A stretch of 63,255 nucleotides of DNA, counting the filler, from Vannella sp. (lineage: Eukaryota): the NCBI GenBank assembly GCA_023345925.1. It is 6 parts of 6 records of this genome, joined end to end, with 100 filler letters (N's around TTAATTAATTAA, not from the genome) between each part and the next. Parts side by side here need not be neighbours in the genome. Positions count along the whole stretch, not along the records: positions 58,286 to 63,255 come from JAJQQN010001325.1; 5 more parts are not named here. One strand, given 5' to 3'. A program made the position numbers and the translations under genes. Positions 58,186-63,255 of the stretch are shown here, piece by piece; position 1 is the first letter of the stretch, and every line of letters starts with the position of its first letter. The notes under the pieces are model-generated. The model ran no database searches and had not been told where the DNA came from. It saw nothing but the letters and a program-made list of their open reading frames with translations.

Positions 58186-58285
58186 NNNNNNNNNNNNNNN
58201 NNNNNNNNNNNNNNNNNNNNNNNNNNNNNTTAATTAATTAANNNNNNNNNNNNNNNNNNNNNNNNNNNNNNNNNNNNNNNNNNNN
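58186..58285. other. Artificial contig linker
   Basis: N44-TTAATTAATTAA-N44. Confidence 0.97.
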
Positions 58286-58734
58286 ACTTTGCCCCTCGGA
58301 AAGCTTGGCGATCGAGCAGGGGGTGGTAAGAGAGAGGAGTCCACCCGCGTACTCTCAAGAGAACACGATAACAGAACCCATACTGCACGAAGAGCAAAGG
58401 TCCAGCCTGTAAGCAGCGAACTAACAGGGATCCAGCCATCGCTGACAGCAAAGGCAGCGGGAAGCTCTTTCCTCTCATCCCGAAGCACTCCCAGCACGAA
58501 GACGAAGACACACTCCCACGAACGATCGTTCTTCAACAGCTCTAAGCACTGTATGAACCGCCTCTCGCTCGAGTTGAGGAGAATGATCGAGTGGACTTGG
58601 TGCTCGTTCCTCAAAGTGTCGGAGAGGGCGAACACGGCGGGAGCCACCTCCTCCCGGTCTCCCAGTTGCATGGAAGTCCTCCACGAGTCATTAGCGATGA
58701 TCAGAGCACAGCGGTTGTCCGTAACGTTGCCCAT
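58286..58734 (-). CDS. Hypothetical protein with a caspase-fold-like pattern, 3' truncated
   Basis: RCALIIANDSW, VFVFVLG and VWVLLSCS echo C14-family strands. Confidence 0.35.
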
Positions 58735-58812
58735 GTCGTCACTAAACCGCAACGAGTCGGGCATCTGTCGGCGCCCCCGCCGAAACAATGCATTGCTGCG
58801 CTCCCCCTTCAG

Positions 58813-59897
58813 ATGGGTGGCCTGTTCACTCGTCTGATCGGGGGAACAGCTGGTAGAGCGGGTTTGCGTGGGACTATTCGTCTCCCTTCTCACACTGTCA
58901 AGGTAGAGAAGGATTGGAGAGGGAGGCTTCGCTGAGGTCTACCTTGTTCGGGAGAGAGGGACAGGAGTGCGGTACGCCTTAAAGCACTTTACTTGCATGG
59001 ATGATGACGCACGGGTGGCCCTGGCGCGGACTGAGATCGAAACACTCAAGCTACTGCAAGGATGTTCCCGAAGACTCATCTGGTTGGTGGACACGGACGA
59101 GTTTGAGTGTGTCCTCCTCCCGTTCTACTCGTTGGGGACGGTCCAGGGCGTCATTGATAGACGTAGAGAAGCTGCATCTCTTGCTCCGTACCTGCCTACT
59201 GTTGATTGCTTTGCTCGTCGAGACATGCTGCAACTGGCCGCGGATCTTTGCGAGGCGCTCTCGTTCTTTCACTCGCAGGAGCCTCCTTTAGCTCACCGGG
59301 ATGTGTCTGCAGGTAACCTTCTACTATGTGAAGAGGATGGCAACCTCAGAGGGGTCTTAATGGACTTTGGTAGCACTGCAAAGGCTCGGGTGGAGACTCA
59401 CTCTTACTCTGACTGTGTTCGGCTTCAAGAGACTGCGGATTCTACTTGCTCCATGCTTTATAGAGCTCCTGAGCTCCATGAGGTCATCAGCCACTCACTG
59501 ATCGATGAGAGATCAGACGTTTGGGTGCGAGTAAGCCTACGAAGGAGGTCCTTACTAACAGAGCGCTCAGTCAGTGGGCTGTGTGCTCTACTTCATGATG
59601 TACGGGATAACACCTTTCGAGTATGCTCTTAAGGAGGGCGGGAGTGTCAAGCTGGCGGTGATGGGAGCCTCTCCAACCTTCCATGAAGAAGGGTGAGTTC
59701 AGTTCCCTTTCCTTCCCTCTTGGCGCTTCTGACAGCGAAACAGATACGACGAAGAGATTGTCACCCTCCTACGGACTATCTTTGTGGCCCAAGCTGACCA
59801 GAGGGTGACACTGAGCCAGCTCACAAATGCGATTGGCGATTTGATCCTTTTTTGTGATCTCAACCGCCACGGAGGGGGTCAGACGCCTCTGACTTGA
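58813..59897 (+). CDS. STK16/NAK-like kinase with an apparent frameshift near 58912
   Basis: MGGLF.. N-terminus; IGEGGFAEVY, YALK, HRDVSAGN, MDFGS, CSMLYRAPEL, IDERSDVW; two introns. Confidence 0.8.
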
Positions 59898-59935
59898 TTG
59901 CTACATACAAGAGGTTTAGTCAAACCGGCTTAGTG

Positions 59936-61092
59936 TTACTCCCAATCGTCGTAGTCGTCCTCTCCCAGATCAATCTCGATGTCAAGATCGTCTAGGGAGA
60001 CGTTGGCGACGTCTTGGTCATCAAAGTCGATGTCATCAAGGAGTTCATCTATGCTGGTGGTGTTGGATCTTCTCTCTGGAGAGGGATCGTGCTTGTTTGA
60101 AAGCTTCCCGGCAAAGCCGGAAGAGGGTGGACTCCCAGCTCCTGGATCCGTTGGTTCAGAGTGCTTGAGGGAACTAGAGAGAGACCAGCCGTCTTTCTGG
60201 AGAGGGCTCTCACTGAGAGGCTTGGACTGCTCCACAGGAACGGCCAGAAGAAGATCTTCCTCCTCCTCATTGTCGCTCCAAGTGAGCTCTTCCTCTTCCT
60301 GGGTAATAGCGGCACTGGCACCTATGCATGGTTTAGCTCTCCACAAGCCAATACGACTGGAGAGACTCACGAGCGAGGAGCGAAGCTCTCCTCTTCTCCT
60401 TCAGCTCTGACTGGTGCTGGAAGAAGTAGTAGCGCCTCCAGAAGCTATTTGCTGATACCCTATCGGGAACTGAACATGGAAGTGAGGGGGAATGGCTCCC
60501 TAGAGGACTCTGCTAACTCACCAAGTTGAGAGTAGATCTGTCGCAAGAAAGGGTCCGCTTCTAGCCACCGTGTGATGTCGTCTGCACAGTCTTCCAAGTG
60601 GAACGTCTGAGACCACTGTTTGAACTCCCCGCCAGGTGGATCCGAGAGGTACAAGCCTGCTTCTTCCTCAAAACGTGAGGATTCGCCTGGTTTGGGTGAA
60701 TACTCCCCAAAGAGGGATGTGAGACCACTCTTAAGGTTGTTGGTGATCTTGTGAGTCAGTTCCCGGATGGATTCGTCCGTCTGGACAGCAGATTCGCTCT
60801 CCCACTCGTCTTCCGCCCCCTCCACGGGGGAAGGAGGCTGCGCCACTCTCTGAACGATCTCCCCTGACTTGCTGATGACCTCCTTTGTATCTGAAGCCAA
60901 GGAGCTGGTGAACTCTTGCAAGTCCTCCTTGTACACCTCAAGAACCTTCCCCGACTGGCTCCCCGTCAGCTAAACCAACGCGCAGCGATCTTCTATCCAC
61001 GCACCGTCTCCTTGATTGAGTTCCACACGCCCCACAGCCTACACTAGCCTGTTAGTCGCCTCCCCATCGCCTCAAAGGCCCGCTTACGCCAT
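59936..61092 (-). CDS. BSD-domain protein (BSDC1-like); multi-exon
   Basis: YKEDLQEF; YLSDP..FKQW..F; LRQIYSQL|..FWRRYYF; acidic tail. Confidence 0.8.
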
Positions 61093-61189
61093 CCTTTTGC
61101 AGGCGCAACCAACTAATGATGCTTCTGGCTCTTCCCTCCTTCTCGCAGGGTAATCAAGAGATGGTGAGGACGTCCATTCGCTCACTTAC

Positions 61190-63047
61190 ATGAGGAGGAG
61201 GGCGGTGTGGAAGGGGGCTCTGGTGAGTTTGGTCGTGTTCGCGCTTGTTTCGTGGTTGGCCATGTCTGGGGATGTTCCAGATAGGAAGGAGGAGAGATCG
61301 TTCGCTGGCAGAGTGACGGAAGAGCTGGGATCTGCTACTTCTAGACGTCTCGTGGTGGACTTGCGTGGAGCCACTTGCCAGTCCAAGGGAGAGGGGACTC
61401 TCTGTCACTCTAGTGACGGTTCTGTTTGCCCTGGGATCGTAACTCCCTTGTACCTTCACGTGCTACTCGATCAACCGTACTGTCTAGAGACAGGAAAGTA
61501 CTGTAACATCGTCTGTGGCACACCAGATGCTCCGGGGTTCAGGCTGATCCAGCAAGAATGCGAAGCACATGGTCCTTGTCCACCTTATCCACTCGAGGAC
61601 TGGACTCGGTTCTTTGACGGGCCAGATTTTGAGGAGCGCCTCTCTGGAAGCCTCATTCGGGGGTCTCTCCCCTTGCCTGAGGTGCTGAAGAAGCTAAAGA
61701 AGCTGAACATGCGAGAGGGTTCCCGGAATATACCAGTAGAGCGCGCAAGTCCCGTCACTGTCTCACAGAAACCGCTCACGAAGGAGGAAAAAGTCTATTT
61801 GAACCGACTACAGGGCTCCTATGATATCCAGACACGATCAGTCCTCAAGAAGCATGGTTATACACTTCATGGATTGATGTGTGAGCTTGTTGAGGGGGAG
61901 GAACAGTGCTACACTCCTGGTCGCACTCATCGGTAGGCCTCTCTCTCTCTCCCGTCCCATCCGATCGTCAGCTTACAAAGCCACAAGAGACCTCTGTCCT
62001 AGCACAATAACCTCGACATCTCTCGCGCTTGGGAGAATCAGTAAGATGGCACATTGCCGGCCCGAGGCCAAGGATTGGTTCTGCTTGGCAATGTGCCAAG
62101 AGGGATCGAGTGTTGTCCAATGGAAAGCCTACCCCAGAAACACAAAGCTGACAGTGGAGCCCCCAGTGATACCGTACACTGAGTTTGTGGTCCGAGAATG
62201 GTCACAATTGCCTCGGCAGACGAAGCCTTGCGAGTACCAGGCCGATTCTGGGGCTGCATTGGTCCACCTTCCTCCTATAACAGTGGGAATCCTTGTCAGA
62301 GGATCAGAGATGGCTGCTCTGAAGCCATCCCTTATGTCTTGGCTCGAAAGTGGGCTGCTGCAAGGGCTTGACGAGGCCATTATCCTCGTGAATGATGCCA
62401 CTGACTCGGCATTGGCCATGCTGGCACCGTACCAGCAGCCACCCACCAATCTACGGGTTCTGGCACAGAACGACAACCCTGGGATAGCTTCTAGCATCAA
62501 CACTCTCGTGGAAGCGGCCAGTAACGACCTCTTCCTCTTCCTAGAGAAGGACTTTCGACTTGTGGAAAGCCTACCTTGCTCCTGGGAGCAGCTGCGAGCG
62601 GGTACAGACCTCATAGAAGCGGATGTGGCCCACATTGTCAAGTACCGGAGTCGCTTTAACCCTGGCCATCCCAATTACCCTGAAAGAGCCTTCTTGGGCC
62701 AAGAGAACAGGACAATGCATCTGCAAAGGGACATTCTGTGCAACTTCTACCACTGGGTGGCTCAGCCAGCTAGCAAGTGGCCCAACGTGTTTCATGTGTG
62801 CCACGAGTTCCCTCTCTTTTACTGTGTGGAGTCCGAGTTCTGCAACTGGACGAACAATCCATTCCTCATGCGCAGGTCATGGTGGCACAAGAACATGGCT
62901 ATTCATCCAGACATTGCCGAATCCGGCCCACACTTTGACATTGAATCTTTTCTGCGCGGTCCCATTTGGTCTGATCCCCAATGGATCATTGCAGAAGGGG
63001 ATGGGCTCTTCCGCCATTGCGACGCAGACAAGTTTGGTCTACCATAA
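61190..63047 (+). CDS. Type II membrane protein with Cys-rich stem and a GT-A (GT2-like) glycosyltransferase domain (2 exons)
   Basis: N-terminal TM; intron at about 61920-61971 joins the two ORFs in frame; NPGIASSINTLV..FLFLEKDF (DxD-like); WTNNP. Confidence 0.62.
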
Positions 63048-63255
63048 CCATCATGATCGTCTCATCATTATTATCGTCATAAATTCCTGCAACGCCGGAG
63101 TCTTCTTCCATTGGTCGATTCATTTTCCTCTCTTGAGCTCCGCCGGTGGGAGATCAATCATCATTGCCATTGCACGATTACCTCGAGAGGAAACGAGTTA
63201 GTTATGCCCCTGAACGAGGTAAACAGTGACCTTTTTAGTATCCAAAGTACTTTTC

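Noticed and set aside
13817..58285. Five identical TTAATTAATTAA palindromes flanked by N runs
   Set aside because: Artificial six-frame-stop linkers, not biological repeats; they also invalidate gene-neighbourhood arguments across them
1..63255. Alternative genetic code or stop readthrough to explain fragmented ORFs
   Set aside because: Breaks are explained by short spliceosomal introns; TAA, TAG and TGA all terminate conserved genes (GRP94 TAA, STAT TAG, FHA kinase TGA)

Overview
Gene-dense eukaryotic nuclear DNA (standard code, roughly 50% GC) with short spliceosomal introns, mostly about 45-110 nt, and very short intergenic spacers. Five 100-nt artificial linkers (N44-TTAATTAATTAA-N44) join six contigs, so adjacency across linkers means nothing. 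Gene content points to a free-living amoebozoan or similar protist (inference): a Dictyostelium-type STAT, a large Clu-domain protein, a sedolisin, an FHA kinase and a G-alpha. About 40 genes were reconstructed by manual splicing. Several are absent or fragmented in the ORF track, including a GATA factor, an RSZ splicing factor, swiprosin and an X325/Bim1-like GPI protein. No rRNA, tRNA, CRISPR or transposon was recognised. Main highlights: (1) a signal-peptide protein fusing a BPI/TULIP-like lumenal domain to a duplicated PqiA/LetA membrane domain, a candidate eukaryotic lipid-transport system; (2) a single-pass receptor with mostly one-LRR-per-exon symmetric exons, a mucin stalk and an intact GPS (HL/T) site but no 7TM; (3) an intronless secreted bacterial-type M15B peptidoglycan peptidase; (4) tandem UBC/unknown-domain/CCCH paralogs; (5) several apparent pseudo-enzymes; (6) recurrent promoter motifs and GC-AG introns. 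All family calls come from motif recognition by eye, with no database searches.
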